Assembly: GCA_963693365.1 (NCBI GenBank)
Contig: CAVNZM010000002.1
Location: 1,686,415 to 1,750,414, forward strand
Direction: 5' to 3'
Length of the DNA stretch: 64,000 nt
Origin: Amoebidium appalachense
Taxonomy: Eukaryota > Protista > Ichthyosporea
Positions 1 through 16,288 of the stretch are shown in pieces (position 1 is the stretch's first letter; each line of letters starts with the position of its first letter). The notes beneath the pieces were generated by a model. It worked only from the letters and a program-made list of their open reading frames with translations. It was not told the DNA's origin and did not search any database. The position numbers and the translations under genes were made by a program.

Positions 1-10
1 CCCACCCCAG

Positions 11-128
11 ATATGTTGAGGACGTATGTGGCAAATCCACTGCCGGGCTCGACTGGTGCTCCCTATCGACAAGACCTAACCTGGCCAGGTGACCCTCTCC
101 CTCTCCCCTTCCCCCCCCCCCCCCCCCT

Positions 129-176
<48 letters not shown>

Positions 177-668
177 ACCACCACCACCACCACCACCACC
201 ACACCACCACCACCACCAGCCAGCACACATGCCTTTCAATTTCCCCCTTCCCTTTCTCTCCCCCACAACGACCTCCTCCTCCAAGTTCCCACTGCCAAAA
301 CCCACCCATCCATAAGCTGTCCACACTGACACACAAGCAAATAAGCATGATGTGACACGAAATGAGGGCAAAGTCAAAAAATAAACGAGCAGTTTTTCAA
401 CAAAACAAGCACATATGCCCGTGTCATCCATCCTCTGCAGCTGCCAGTTATTCATCTGAATTTCACTTCAAACGTAAATAGACACTGTTTTAGTTTCACT
501 GCATTTGCTCCTGTGCCTTAATGCTCTTCCAGCCCCTTAATACACCTCACCACACAAAGTCAAAGACCATCCACACACCTAAGTGTATTTCTGTTTGCGC
601 AATCCATGAATTCTGGGTGCCGGTTACCACGTGCACCACTCGGCACCTTGAGTTGCAAGGGATTACAA

Positions 669-699
<31 letters not shown>

Positions 700-735
700 A
701 AGTGTTTGTAAGTGAAAGTGTTATGAGAGAGAGAG

Positions 736-804
<69 letters not shown>

Positions 805-921
805 CTGTACATACACATTCGGGCATTGTGTGAAGAGGTGTTCGTAAGTGCACTGTGATGTATTTGGGATGGGTGGGGAGAAAATCAGGTTAGGCAGGAC
901 GCAGGTTGGCAATCGTCGCAA

Positions 922-1017
<96 letters not shown>

Positions 1018-1572
1018 CTGTAAATACACATACGGGCATTGTGTGAGGAGTTGTTCGTAAATGCAAGCGTTATGTATTTGGAATGGGGTGGGGAGAAAAT
1101 CAGGTTAGGCAGGATGAAGTATGCATCCTAAGAAGAGCCCATATGCATCCTGGTGGGGCCAAATCATCCGATACCAAAGTGTCGACCCCCCCACGACAAA
1201 ATGCAACTCAGATACCACTGCACCTTGAACATGGGGGGGCTGTATCGAACCTTCTAATCGCGGCTTACGTTAATGTGGTCTTGTGGCGTGTATGCATGCG
1301 CAAGCATGCAATCTGTGAAGGGGGGTTTCACGGTGTTACATAGTATTACCATAATGCATGCCATCAGACCACTGCAAGAAGAGGGGGGCTTTTTACTTCG
1401 TACAAATTTCTTTGTTATTAAATGTAGCCTGTCTGTGTCAATAGACACAAAGCAGGGGATTCATAAGAATTGTTCTTTCCTTTTTTTTTTTTTTTTTTTT
1501 TTTTTTACGCCCCCATGAGAGGGGGAAGGGGGAAGGGGGAAGGGGGAAGGGGGAAGGGGGAAGGGGGAGGCG

Positions 1573-1618
<46 letters not shown>

Positions 1619-2790
1619 GGGAGGGGGGGGGAGGGGAGGGGGGGGGGGGGGGGACAGGAGAAGCATACATGGGACGGGGAGATGGGGAACGGAAGGAGGA
1701 CCGCACGCATCCACACACGTGCCCGCACACACACACGGACACGCACACGGACACGCACACGCACATGCACGCGCGCGCGTGCGCGCACGCGCGCACACAC
1801 ACACACTCAAACACGCCCACACCATTTATGTAAACTTTACGGAAAGACACACACATTCCCTCGCTTGAATTTAGCCAGCATGCAGCCCATATGTACCTTC
1901 TGATGTTGTTGTCTTGGACGTTGTCATCATGAAACAGACAGGCAAATGGTGACAACACCTCCACATCCAAATGTGTACCCAACTGTGGCCGGTATAGCGT
2001 AAAAAAGGGTTGCACACTCACGGGGGTAAGGTAGAGAGGGGCACGTTTTTGCAGGTACCTGGCCTGTCGGACCGTAGCATCTGGCATTACAGTCACGCAT
2101 GCGGTGCAGACAGTCCATGAATTCGCTGTGATCGATTTTGAGTTAAAAGCAAATAAGTGACCGAGAGCAACAAATTACCCGCGATCTTGAAATTCTGTTA
2201 CACGAGTCCCAATATTTACTCACCATCTCATGGCAGAGTTTCCTGATCACGCCCTATCCCTTCCCCCCCAGTTATTTCCCCCATGATGTACAAGAAGAAT
2301 TGTCAAGATAGTACTAGTGAACTAAAGTTAGCCTACTACGTTCTCTATCATTCCATCCCTCTACGTCTCTCCCTCTTTTCCACTCTCCCCACAATTGTCT
2401 CAGCTCTCCGTGTTCCCACTAGTTAGTGCTGCCCTCGGGCTCTCCCTCTCAACATCCCTCCATCTCTTCCTCCGGACCTTGGCTCCCTTCATATCTATAT
2501 ATCTCTCGCAGTCTCCCTCCCTCCCTCCCTCCCTCCCTCCCTCCCTCCCTCCCTCCCTCCCTCCCTCCCTCCCCCCTCCCCCCTCCCCTTCTCCCTCTCT
2601 CGCCCGGGTGCCACGGTTCTCGCCGCAGCAGCTGTTTTTTGCTGGTCACGTGAAAGCAAACACGTGCACGCCACGTGCAACAACCACCGACAAAGACAGC
2701 AAGACAGCAGCACGAGCATTCATCCAACATGAGAAGAAGGCCTCAACGCTCACTCTACAAAATAGGGCCTGCCCGAGTCAATATGAAGTG
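11..2790 (-). pseudogene. Candidate multi-exon gene or degenerate gene, possibly an SGNH/PC-esterase-like protein; continues off the window start
   Basis: Minus-strand exon-like islands with GT/AG ends at 2242-2224, 2125-2059 and 1982-1897 join in phase as GNSAMRCEFMDCLHRMRDCNARCYGPTGQLGTHLDVEVLSPFACLFHDDNV. An upstream segment near 2690 reads AVFVG, giving a VFVGNSxMR block-I-like motif. Downstream islands (~1370-1130, ~650-552, ~80-10) do not join without a frameshift. The family assignment is inference. Confidence 0.3.
739..1116. repeat. Tandem duplication of a (GT)n plus ~100 bp unique unit
   Basis: ~800-901 and ~1013-1116 align closely (CGGGCATTGTGTGA...GTTCGTAA...TGTATTTGG...GAGAAAATCAGGTTAGGCAGGA), and each is preceded by a (GT)n tract. 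Confidence 0.85.
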
Positions 2791-5700
2791 TAGAAACTTA
2801 AAATTTAGGTGCAACGTTGCCAATCAGATCTGCCAGACTGCCAGCGGCTCTCGCAACTGCACACAACGTTGCTCTCGTAATCCCGTCCGTGGCACGAAGC
2901 CACGAACACGTCTGTAATCTCAAAGTTAACCAAAGAGAAGAACAACTAATATTACAGAAAACAACCAAAAAGCACAGGTTAGATGACATTGTAAAGTACA
3001 GCGTACCGTCTTGATAGCCGAAAGTGCACATGAACGTTGCAAATGCACAAATCTCCCGGCCGCGAGACCGCCTGATGATTGGCTACCGTAATTCCGAATA
3101 GCAATCTGATATCGTTAAAAGATTCCGTGACCAAAGTCCAGGCACGCTGAGCAGCACGGTTCTCACCCATGGAAATGAACAAACTTTTTCTAATATTATT
3201 TCTCGTATAATCATGAAAAGGAAAACCTAACAGCAATATTAGCCACACCATACTGTATTCAAGTTTATTGAGGTGTGTGGAGAGGTGAGTTTTTGGCCAC
3301 GTCCCGCAAAACAGAGTTTTGGGGGATCTTTCAAAACGCCAAATGATTGGCTTGAGCGTGCACCACAGAGTCCCCCTGGCTCGTACGTGTTCCGGGTAAC
3401 CTTCCATCACTTTGGGGTATACGCGTTCAATATTTACCTTTCCGTTTTCCATCAACATTCAATTTGGCAACACCCGAATGTCGCCTTCGCGTTATTACCA
3501 TACGCAGTATAAGGTTCTTTCTCGTTCTGATAGAGAAATCAAAGGTTAAACTCAGTCGGCATGTGTTATGTTCCTTAGGCAAAACCGTACTGTTCATTAT
3601 CGCTTTTTGGGAGCTTTGGCAGGATATATTTCTCCTGCTGTACGTATGGATACCACCCTATAGCTAGTAGGTAAGTCTGTATGGTGCTCTGGTGTTGATA
3701 TTGCCTGGGAAGTTGTGCAGTGGCGTTGTAATTTTTGTTTTCATCGCCGCTGGTGCCACTTTTGTGCTGAACTTTTTGATCGCAAGCATGTTGATAGGTG
3801 TGAGTTTTTATGTCGCGTTTTACCTCTTTCCCGGGTGTCTGCTACACTGGCAGGCAATGTGACCACTTCAGACTTTTTGTATGATGTTGAATTCTGTTGG
3901 TCGTCACATTGAGTATTTAAATGATTTTCACACAGTGTTCAGGTATCTCAGTATTCACTTGCTACTGGATAACTCGTGAAGTTTTTATTGTCTTCTCAGT
4001 ATGCCGTGCATACTTGCATATCTTTCGTTCGAATAAATCCAGTCAAAAGAAAAAACGAATGTCGCCCAAAGAGGGAAAAATATCAAATAAAAATAATATA
4101 GTAAACAATTTTAAACATTTCCAGTAGGACCAGTCAGGGCAGGAAATTACACTGTTTTCGGAATTAAATATACCGCTATTTTTCAGAAAGTACCAGTAAA
4201 GCCTGGGACTTGGTTCCACCTGAGTTGGAGGTTGGGGGAGTAAATAAAAAGAATAGTGACCCCCCCCCCCCCCCCCCCCCCCCGGGGGGCAGTTAACTGC
4301 CCAAAGCTGGAGCTCTCAATTTTTCCGATTTTTTCCTCCTGGGAAAACACTGGAACTTGCAATCACGAAAAAAGCTATCTACATACATACCACATTATAT
4401 CTCATGAACGGTACCAGTCCATTGCCGCAGTGGCAAAGCATTTGGAAAAAGCAGGAAGTATTATCCACTCAATATCCAATTTAATCTGCTTTCTGAGCTC
4501 GTTGTATTTTGTTTTGCATTCAAGCTACAATTTTTTGAGATATACAATAGTTTAGCAGATGGTTGAGGCTCGAAAGGAGCAGTCAATACAGTAAATCGCC
4601 CTCAAACCAAAGGCACACATGATTGTTGGGATTCCGACCAGTGATGAAGGTAAATTTTCTTTTGACTCGGGTTTATTGATCCGTTGATGAAGGCAACGTG
4701 CAGCCACAGGCTACATAACCACCAATAGAACTGAAAAAGCCAAAGCTACGAAATAAAAATAAAGCGACAAGTGACAAAGGACACCAGCGGGCAAAACCAT
4801 AAGTGTACGTGTATGCGTACTAGTTTGCTCCAACTAGTCATATGCAAAGATGTTGACCAGACCACACTCTGCAAGAAGACATCATTACTGCTCCCTCCCA
4901 ACAGGCCCCCCTCAAAACCTATCGAGGCACAGCAAGCAAGTCAGCCTCTAAAAGAGCACTGCAGACCAAATTTCTGAGCTAAAAAAACAATCCCAACGGG
5001 CCCAGCCCCTAGATAACCCGAAGAAACTGCATCTAGCCGCTGATAAGGTGGCCTGGTTGTGGCAGGACACAAGGTAAATTCCCTAAAGGGGAACATTCAA
5101 AACGCCCCCCCTATTTTTCTAATCCTGAAGGAGTCTTGCAGGCCACACAGCAACCCCCAGATTGGGCCCTGGCCCGAGCCGCTGAGTCAAAGTTTGGTAC
5201 GTGAGCGTGCGCGGGCAACTCTTGGCGCCCGTACGTGGGGTGTCTGTAACTTTGTAACGGGTGGCCAGCCTGCGCACTGTGATGGGCCTGGGTATACACG
5301 CACAACCACGAACCCTCACTCTTGCACATACAGTATGCTGAAATTAGGTGTTTGCATGCCACAATACGGCACTGCAGCTGCGTCCAAGCCAAGTAGTGGC
5401 AATGGTCTTTCGTCTGAACTATTTTGCTAAGCCTGATATTATTAGTACGTGCTGAAGCTCCTCGTTCAAACCGATTGCAAAAGTCGAGTACTAGACTGTT
5501 TTCTTTTTCTTTCTTTCTTTCTTTTCGCTCTAGGGCTGCGAAGCTTTATCATTTGAAAACTGTAGAGCGAAAAGGAACTGGTCATTTTCTGAACATATTG
5601 GTACTGAATTCAATTTTCTATTGATGAACTTCCGAGTCGTCAAACACACACCAAACAGCCGAGAACAAGCGCATGCATGAAACAAACAGCGTCACATTCG

Positions 5701-5846
5701 CTTCAGAGCGTTGGCTAATTAAAAGCAACCGTAACAAGTGACTACATTATAACCAGATTCTGTTGGCCCTGTCACGGAATATTCGGACTTTCGACGATAT
5801 AGGTACCGGTCGTCAACAAGCCCGAAAGTCTTGACAGTGAGAAACA

Positions 5847-6893
5847 ATGACCAGCCAAGTTTCAAAGGACAGGTTTAATTTCGACCCACACATAGGACGA
5901 AACGGTGAACTCCAAGCGAGCCAAGAGAAGCAAAACGTTCTGCCTACCTCCTCAGCTCTTGCTGGGGACATAGTCAGCGTTCCGAGCCAGGACGGGTCTC
6001 TTGGGGATGTATCCTTGCCAGTCAAGATGCAAGTCTTGCACAAGGAACAGAGTGTTGCCGAGTTACGGTTTCGTGACATTCCTCGGTTCATGGCAGCAAT
6101 ATCTACTCAGGATGGCCCACCATATTCCCTCTTGCGACGACTATCATGGTTTCATCCGTTTCTGGCAGGGTGCGTAGTCATTGCTGTTTCACTGAGAGTA
6201 AGGGATTTACGAGATTTTATTCGCTATGGGCAACCTTTGAACACTGCAACGTATATAGTTTTTGGCTTTTGCGTGCTGGTGGTCCTGTCAGCTCATTTCA
6301 CCGCCGTCACCGCGATTCGTTGTGGCACGCTTCAAGTTGCAAAACGAGAACCAAATTTCCATGAACTTTCATCGGTCGATAAGAAGGAAGTACCCAGAGA
6401 CTGCAGCGGTGGGGGTATTTGCAGTACTCTCGTGGCCGTATTGAACACCACAGTAACCACCCTCCTTTTCACGTTTTTTGTTTGCACTGGGCTGTGTGTG
6501 ATCATCATTCCTGGTCTTCTGGCTTTGGAAATGTTCTGTTTGGCGCCAGCAGCAGCCGTGGTTGAAGGGCTAAACCCGTTTCGGGCGCTGGCACGCTCGT
6601 GGCAACTGACAAGCAAACATGGGCATCCAGATCTGGCGTTGTTTTGCACCTTGCGCTACCTCCCGTGGGCCTTGTTCATGGCTGCATGTTTAGGCGGCAC
6701 CTGTGCCGCACTCTTTACGTTCGAGGATGTGGGTGTGTGGTCTGTAGCATACCTTTTGATGATCAACCTTCCACTTGGTTTGTGTACGGCTGCTTTTGAT
6801 TTGAAGGGATGGGAGGCTGATGCGCTGATGTTTGAGTGCCATAGAGCTCGGCAGAGAAAAAATGATAGGATTGAGCAAATGATTCATGTGTAG
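5847..6893 (+). CDS. Intronless multi-pass membrane protein (348 aa), GDPD-membrane-domain/DUF975-like
   Basis: Clean ATG-TAG ORF in non-repetitive sequence with about 6 hydrophobic segments. The motif LAPAAAVVEGLNPFRALARSWQLT resembles the 'E..GP..AL.RSW.L' motif of that membrane family. Confidence 0.75.
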   Translation: MTSQVSKDRFNFDPHIGRNGELQASQEKQNVLPTSSALAGDIVSVPSQDGSLGDVSLPVKMQVLHKEQSVAELRFRDIPRFMAAISTQDGPPYSLLRRLSWFHPFLAGCVVIAVSLRVRDLRDFIRYGQPLNTATYIVFGFCVLVVLSAHFTAVTAIRCGTLQVAKREPNFHELSSVDKKEVPRDCSGGGICSTLVAVLNTTVTTLLFTFFVCTGLCVIIIPGLLALEMFCLAPAAAVVEGLNPFRALARSWQLTSKHGHPDLALFCTLRYLPWALFMAACLGGTCAALFTFEDVGVWSVAYLLMINLPLGLCTAAFDLKGWEADALMFECHRARQRKNDRIEQMIHV

Positions 6894-7622
6894 AATCTTA
6901 GCTGGTCATTTTGCAGTAAGCGATCTTTCTGGTTTTGTTTTTTATACCAGGATAGGGTACCTCAAGGCACTTACCCTTGCAAGCTGTGGTATCTCGGTAT
7001 GGTTTTCGGATATATAGCTTAGTTTTTCAAACTCGTGTATTTATTCAATGAGTCAAGAACTACCCGAAGCGTTTTGCTAGGTAAGCGTTCTCCTAGAGTT
7101 TTATGCAACTGCGTTGTGGTGATACCAACTTGCTCTTAGGTTGTAGGCTTGGCTGGACCCGCTGCGGCTGTAATATTTCCTTAGATGGTTACACCAATTT
7201 TTTTAGTGATTCTGGGTTTTGCCAACTTTTCGAATGAACTTCGGATAAGGTATGTTTTCTTGTATATGCGTGTTTTTCTCCAAACTGGCTAGAGTCTTTG
7301 TAGTGGTAACACAAACCACCACGCGGCTCAAATAAAAATTTCCAGCTTTTCTGTGAAGCTCCCTGTCCGGCAATACTGTTTGAAGGTGACACCCTGCCAA
7401 GAAAAAAATTGAGTGGAAGAAGACATCCAAATTACACATAAAGGTGCTCTCTAATGATTTCGCCGTGGCAACACTGCTAACTTACCAACTTACCAATTTC
7501 AAAAGGTTTTAGCTGACTTTCTCATCAGTTCCAATAATCAAAGCCGAGGCCCTACCGTGACCAACATCATAAGGAATAATTATTGTTTTTCCAACCCCAG
7601 GTTGTAGCTCTAGCCACTTGAG

Positions 7623-9912
<2,290 letters not shown>

Positions 9913-11115
9913 GTGCTATTCAGCTGAGAGAACGCGGATCTGGCTTGGTTCAAGTGACGTCGGGAAGAACTGCAGTCTTGTGTCTGAGGGGGTGATAGAG
10001 AAGGTGTTTACGTTCCTGTGTGTGTCTGTGTGTGTCTGTGTCTGTCAAGGTCTGATGCCTTGACGTTGTGTGTTGTCTGTGTAGGTCACGGTGCGTGTGT
10101 GGAGGAACCAGAGAATGAACTAGGGGGGGAGGGGGAGGAGGGGGGGGTTGTATTATGGACATAAAAAATTTGCACATCAAAGTTATTATATACAAGAGAT
10201 GTGCAACTTGCATGCACTGTACACACGATCTTTATCCATGTGAAAACAAGGGTGAGTTGAACCTCGGGCGCATTGCAAAGGTGGCAGCTCAATTTATTAA
10301 TAATTCGCAGCTGCAGCGTGCCGAGACAAAAAGCGAAAAAAAAGCCTGGTCCCGTCCCAAAAGTCATTGGCATCAGCAAACGCCACCCTCCCCCTCACCC
10401 CTCCCCCCCCCCCCCCCCTCCCCCCCCCTCCCCTCCCCCCCTCTCCCCCCCCCCTCCTTGGGCCCCCCGAGGCTCCCCTCCACTTCCCCGTGGGCCGGAC
10501 AACCCCATCCCCGGCAACCCCTCTAGCTTTCTTCAAGTCCGTGGCAACCCTCCTCCCCCCCCCCCCCCCCCCCCCCCCCCGCCCTTCCCACGCGGGTACC
10601 CCAACAAAACAAACGTACACACTACATATGTTGAGAACGAAACAAGGCCGGGTGCTCAGTGTAGGGGGCCTTGCAAAACATGTAAGACTGACCAAGTTAG
10701 CAACTGCTCGGTGCGAGTGCAGGACCGTACACGTGTCCGTACAGCTGGATCCGCAATATCCGTGGCTCATGTTGAGATGAAGTATAGCTTGAAGTCCTAT
10801 CCTCAATCGTGATATTTCAAATGTTTTAGATAATGCATTTGATTCGTGAAAATAAACAAATTGCGACTGCGAATGCCAGTTGGCGTTCCCGGAGGCGGTC
10901 CCTTGAACAACGTTCATGATGTACGTTTTCCAGTTTTGCGTCCCGCTTGTGTATAAGCAAAAAAGCTTTCGCACCTCTGGAAATATGGGCACACAGGAAT
11001 TGCCTTGCAAAACGTCCTTCATTCCTTCTTGTTTTTTTTTATTATCTCTCCTTATGAATTACGACTGTAGCCTCTAGTTACCATTTCTTCATCCACTAGT
11101 AATACCACTACCGAC

Positions 11116-13644
11116 ATGGCCCAGAAGGTCACCACGCACAGCTGGACAGTTGTCCAAGCACAAACAGACCACATGTCTACCTTTGTTCCAGAAACTGCGT
11201 GTGCATATCAAATAGCGAAAAGGGTACCCGAGAAACAACGAACAGGGTCCATGACAAAGATCCTCGAGGCGGGAAACCACATGCAGGACATATTAAAGAA
11301 AAACACACTGCGTGAAAAAATGCGCTTCCTAAGTAAAGGCCGTTTGGGCCTACCACACCCATTTCAACGCACTCCCCGTTGTCAAGGACTTGGAGTCTGT
11401 TCTAAACGGAACCGTCTCGCAAACCTACTCCATCACAGACGTGGTTCTCTTCACGGTGGTTCAACTCTACCTTTTGCGGTTCAATCCTTCACAAATCGTC
11501 TCCCGTCCGGACGCCCAGGTTGGGGATGTCCAGCAACTTCTGGACAATGTCGACCCCGCACAGGCTGCCCAGTTGGGAATCAGCAGGGACATGTTGTTGT
11601 GGGTGTTCGCGGAGTTTTGCCTGGACATCTCAATGATCAAGTTCGTGCACGCGACGGACACGAACATGCGAGTGAACTCTTTGAAAACAATGCAGAGTTG
11701 GGCCAAAAAGGCCTTGGAAATAGCACCCAATAAGCCGAACGCGTATTTGAAACTCGCAAAATCGTACTTCATCCAAATCGATTGTACGCAAATCAAGGAG
11801 AGGGAGATAGATTGGAAGGAGACTTCACGGCTTGTTCGTACGGCTCTCACGCTAGCAACCCAACAGGACGATGACTTTGTCGCATGTGCCGCACGGTGCG
11901 AGTTATGCGCTTGTTTGCTCATGGGTGGCGAGGGGCCAACGGTTCCTGCGGCGGGCATAGCAAAACTCCTGCTCGAGAAAAAAAATGTCGGAGGAAGACG
12001 CAGCCCAGAAGGGTTTTACTGGCCCTGCAGCCCCGTCCCTCGCGTCGTTTTCCTCCCCGGATGTGGTGCAGTTTTCGAACGACGTCAGCCTCGGAACACT
12101 GCCACACGACACGGTTCTCAAGGCGGGGCATCTCTTCAAGGATTCCCACCTTGCCGCCACGGAGGGTCGGGTGGCTTTGGAGGAGGAAGTGAGACTGCTG
12201 CTGAGTTCGCCGGGCTTTGTTGGGAGGGCAAAACAGCTTCATGCGGCAATCACGACCAAAAACGCTACCACGTGGCAAGCAATGCCAAGTAGTGCCGGGG
12301 TCATGGTTACAATGAGTGGGGATCTCTTGACGGCGACGGGGGGAAAAGGGAAGAAGGGCAAAAACGAACAACAAACGGTGCAATCACCTGCCGGGCCATC
12401 TCAACCCACACCCACACCCACACCCACACCATCACTAAACACGACAACGGTTTCAGGGGCGACAACGGTAGAATCGGGTTGTAAAGAACGGCCACAAGCG
12501 CCAAAACCAACGAGGAAACAGTCGAAACAACGGCAACAGCAACAAGCGGAAACACCCAAGGAGCCACAACCCGAATTCAACCCGGTTACCGATACGAGCC
12601 CCCGTTCGCACGTACATGCAACGAAAACACCCGAACACCCAGTCACACCCCTTACTCCAATGACCGCAGAGACACAACCAAACACACCATCTACCCCAAC
12701 ATCTACCGACCCACCAGACCAAGCGGTCGAAAGCACCCCTCACTCCCCATCCACCGAATCACCCCCACCACCCACCGCGCAACATACTCCACCTTCACAA
12801 GACACCGAAAGCGAAACACCGAAAACGGAAACGGACGAACCCTCGGGAAACGAAACCGGGGAGTCATGTAAACAGGAAACGGGGGCGGAGTCTGAGATAA
12901 GGGAGTTGGAAGAAAAAGCGGAGATTGGGGAATCCGGTTTGGATGGAAAGAATCCGACACATGTTACAGTGCAGGGATTGGAGATGTCGGGAGACAGATA
13001 TGGAGAGACACGTGGGTGCAAACCCCCCATCGGCCACCAAAATTCCGCTTGAGCAGAGTCCGCCGGAGATGGGTATCGATGAAACACAGGCGGGGGGCGG
13101 GGAGGGTGTGGTTTTTAACGAGAGTGCACCGGCAGAACCTGCGGTCCAATCAAACACCACGGATAAACCGGCGGATCACGTACCCCGTGTAGACGAAACA
13201 CCCAACCCCACACCGCCGGAGCCCGAAATTTCCCCAATCACCACCAGCCCGGTTTCTGCTCCAATCCCCACCCTCACCCCTACGTCGGCACCCACCACCA
13301 ACCAACACACGGAAGCGCTTTCAGCTAGGGAACGTGCACTTTTGACGGCGCAGAAAACGGCACGTGGCAAAGTGATGAAAACGTGGACCGCCCGTGAGAG
13401 GTGTTTAGCCGCTGCCCAGGACTTAGCTGCGGTAAGGAAACATGAGCGTATTTTTGAGGAGGCGAGGACGGGGAGGGGAGGAGTGGGGAAGACGAAACCG
13501 TGTTGTGGTGTGTGCGGCGTGCAGGTGGCGAAGGTGAAAAGGTGTGCGCAGTGTCGTGTGCGGGTGTATTTTGGGCGCCAATGCCAGATTGCTGATTGGA
13601 TGGCGGGCCACAGCCAGGTGTGCCACCCTAATTCGGTGGATTGA
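11116..13644 (+). pseudogene. Intronless helical/TPR-like + Pro/Thr/Glu-rich + C-terminal MYND zinc-finger gene broken by three +1 frameshifts
   Basis: Overlapping ORFs 11116, 11390, 11985 and 12925 chain by +1 shifts near 11333-11340, at the A8 run 11978-11985 and near 12990. There is a TPR-like segment KKALEIAPNKPNAYLKLAKSY. The MYND finger CGVC..KRCAQCRVRVYFGRQCQIADWMAGHSQVC has Phe in place of the Y-C cysteine. Confidence 0.75.
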
Positions 13645-13786
13645 TTATCTCCTTGTGATTTTTGGGGATATCTAGGTAAAAGATAGTGTTGTGTTGGTTT
13701 GGATATCCCATTAGTTGGTGTATCTAGGATATTTAGGTGTATTTGCATGAATGATAATCGCGCAATGGGTCTCCCCCTTACTCTGG

Positions 13787-13820
<34 letters not shown>

Positions 13821-14219
13821 CTTACCTCCCTCTCAGGTGTCGATTAATGGAGGTGTAAGTAGATGCTTGTATGGTTGAACACAGATGCGCGTGCACACAC
13901 ACAAAGACAGACATACACAGGCACACCTGAATACACGCACATGCCTGTGTGCACACGCGCACACACGCACACTCACACGCACACACATTCACACTAGAAG
14001 GCGTATCGGGGCCTTGTTACAAACGATCTGATGAATGACAATCTGTTGGATTTAATATACATTTTGAATGAATATTTTGTATTTTTGTGCTCATCCTTGA
14101 TAGCGCTCGGAGAGAAAGGGTTGTAGGTGATGCACACTAATGCCCATGTGCATACACACACACACACACAACACACACACACACACATGTAGGCCGCGCA
14201 CAGATACGCGCGTGCGCGA

Positions 14220-14287
<68 letters not shown>

Positions 14288-14976
14288 GACAGGCATACGT
14301 TAATGCTCACCCGTCACTGTGTAGTGTAACATATGGTTTTATTGTATGAATGGCCCCACACAGACGGAACGTAGTATAGACTTGTAATGCTAGAAGGGAG
14401 TGCTGTTTCTGTACTGAGAATCACACTCGGAGATATGCGACACATGTGTGCCGTAGACACTGGAATGTATGCGTATCAAGGACATATGATTCGTTCAAAG
14501 TGCCCCCCCCCCCCCCCCCCCCCCCCCACCCTCTCCAATCCTCTCACCGTGAGCCCATGTTAATATTTTCTTCAAACCCCCCCCCCCCCCCCCCCGAGGC
14601 TCTGGCCCGCATGCACCTTTCCTAATAGGGAGATCGTGATCACTCTAGTCCTGCCGGCCGCGGGTGTATACAGGTGTTCAGAGTTACACGTGCAAGCACT
14701 TCGTGTTCTCGCACGGAGCGCTTGCCTCCCGTACGTGTCCTTAACCTGTCATTGGACCATCCCCCCCTCCACTTTCACCCCCACGACACAAACACACACA
14801 CGTGCACACGCACACGCGTGCTCACATGTCACACACGCACACATGCGCGCGCACACACACACACACAAATGCACCACATGCTCACACGCACGCACACAAA
14901 CATGGACCCACACGCGTGCACACACACATACTCAACACAAACACACACACACACGCGCGCGCGCACACACACACGT

Positions 14977-15018
<42 letters not shown>

Positions 15019-16123
15019 GATTTACCATCAACACCCTCCTATGCACCACCAACACATCTGTGCTACTGCTACCCACAGCCCTGTTACACACGTGCACAAT
15101 GTCATAGTTTGCAGATACAATACCACGGGGCCTTCCGAGGGCCCTCTCGCACATGCAATGTTTGAGCAGTAACACCGAAGGATCCAAAAGGTGTGCATGG
15201 ATGATACCCCTCTCACTAATGCCCGCCCCCCCCCCCCCCCCCCCCCCCCCAAATCTCCTCCTCTCCCACGTGCAGCATCCCACGCAGGGTTTTGATATAT
15301 TAAGTGGGGGGTCACATCGTGTAATTTCAGTTTTCGTGCTGGCAGTGATAGTATTTTGTTCTGCTAATGAACGTTGGTTACGAACATAAGTGGGTGAGCT
15401 CGAGAAGATCACATGTTGATATGCCGGCCTGCGCTGCCTGCGTCCACTAATGTGCCACGGTATACGCAGGGGAGGGGACCCGCGGGGTGAGCTAGGGGGG
15501 GGAGGCTCAATGCGAAATTTTAAATACTTCATGAAGAATCCCGTCTTCACCCCTCCTCCCACCCCCCCGGTACCCCTTGAGACCACCATCCCCTTGCCCT
15601 TTCCCAGTGGCCAAGAGTTTGCTGCCCCTTATACGTGTCAAGCATAAAGCAACCAAAACCACCTCGGCCCCAAACCCTCCCCCCCCCCCCCCCCCCTCCC
15701 GGAATGCCCTTTCCCCTTCCCTTCCCTCCCCCCTCCCCTCCCCCTCCCCCCTCCCCACGATGCCAGCGGCACCCACTAGCTACACAACCACGACCGCTGG
15801 GGCCTAGAGTCTCTGCTGTTCCTTTATAAGTATCCTCCCTCCCTCCCCTCCCCTTTCGGCTCCCTCGTTTTGCATCTTCCCCTGATTCTTTTTCAAGGCT
15901 TCCCTTCATTACACAACCATACCGGGAATGCCCCCCCCCCCCCCCCCCCCCCCCCCAATCACAGGATCATTGCCTTCATATATAATCAAAACATAGAATC
16001 TAGATCTACTTGCCCTGTCCGCTTGCGTTCTACCCTCCTGCCTCCCAACTTTCCAACCCCAACCCACCCCCTTCCCCACCCCTCCCCACTCCCAAAGCTG
16101 TAGGAATTACAGAGCGTAGAACC

Positions 16124-16288
16124 TAGTCTCCAAGGCTATGTACCCGCTGGCTTACGTAAGTGGCCGGGCCCGGCCTTACTACGATGCATGTCGCCTGCGG
16201 CAACATAAAAATAAAAAAAAAAAAAAAAAAAAAAAAAAGAAGAAGAAGAAGAAGAAGAAGAAGAAGGAGACAGCGCTCAGTGTGACTA
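16124..16288. mobile_element. 165-bp non-autonomous insertion with 9-bp target-site duplication
   Basis: CGTAGAACC at 16115-16123 and 16289-16297; short inverted termini TAGTCTC...GTGACTA; internal palindrome GGCCGGGCCCGGCC, poly-A and (GAA)n. Confidence 0.55.

Noticed and set aside
11333-11386. Small GT-AG intron to repair the first MYND frameshift
   Set aside because: It is 54 nt, a multiple of 3, so it does not change the frame
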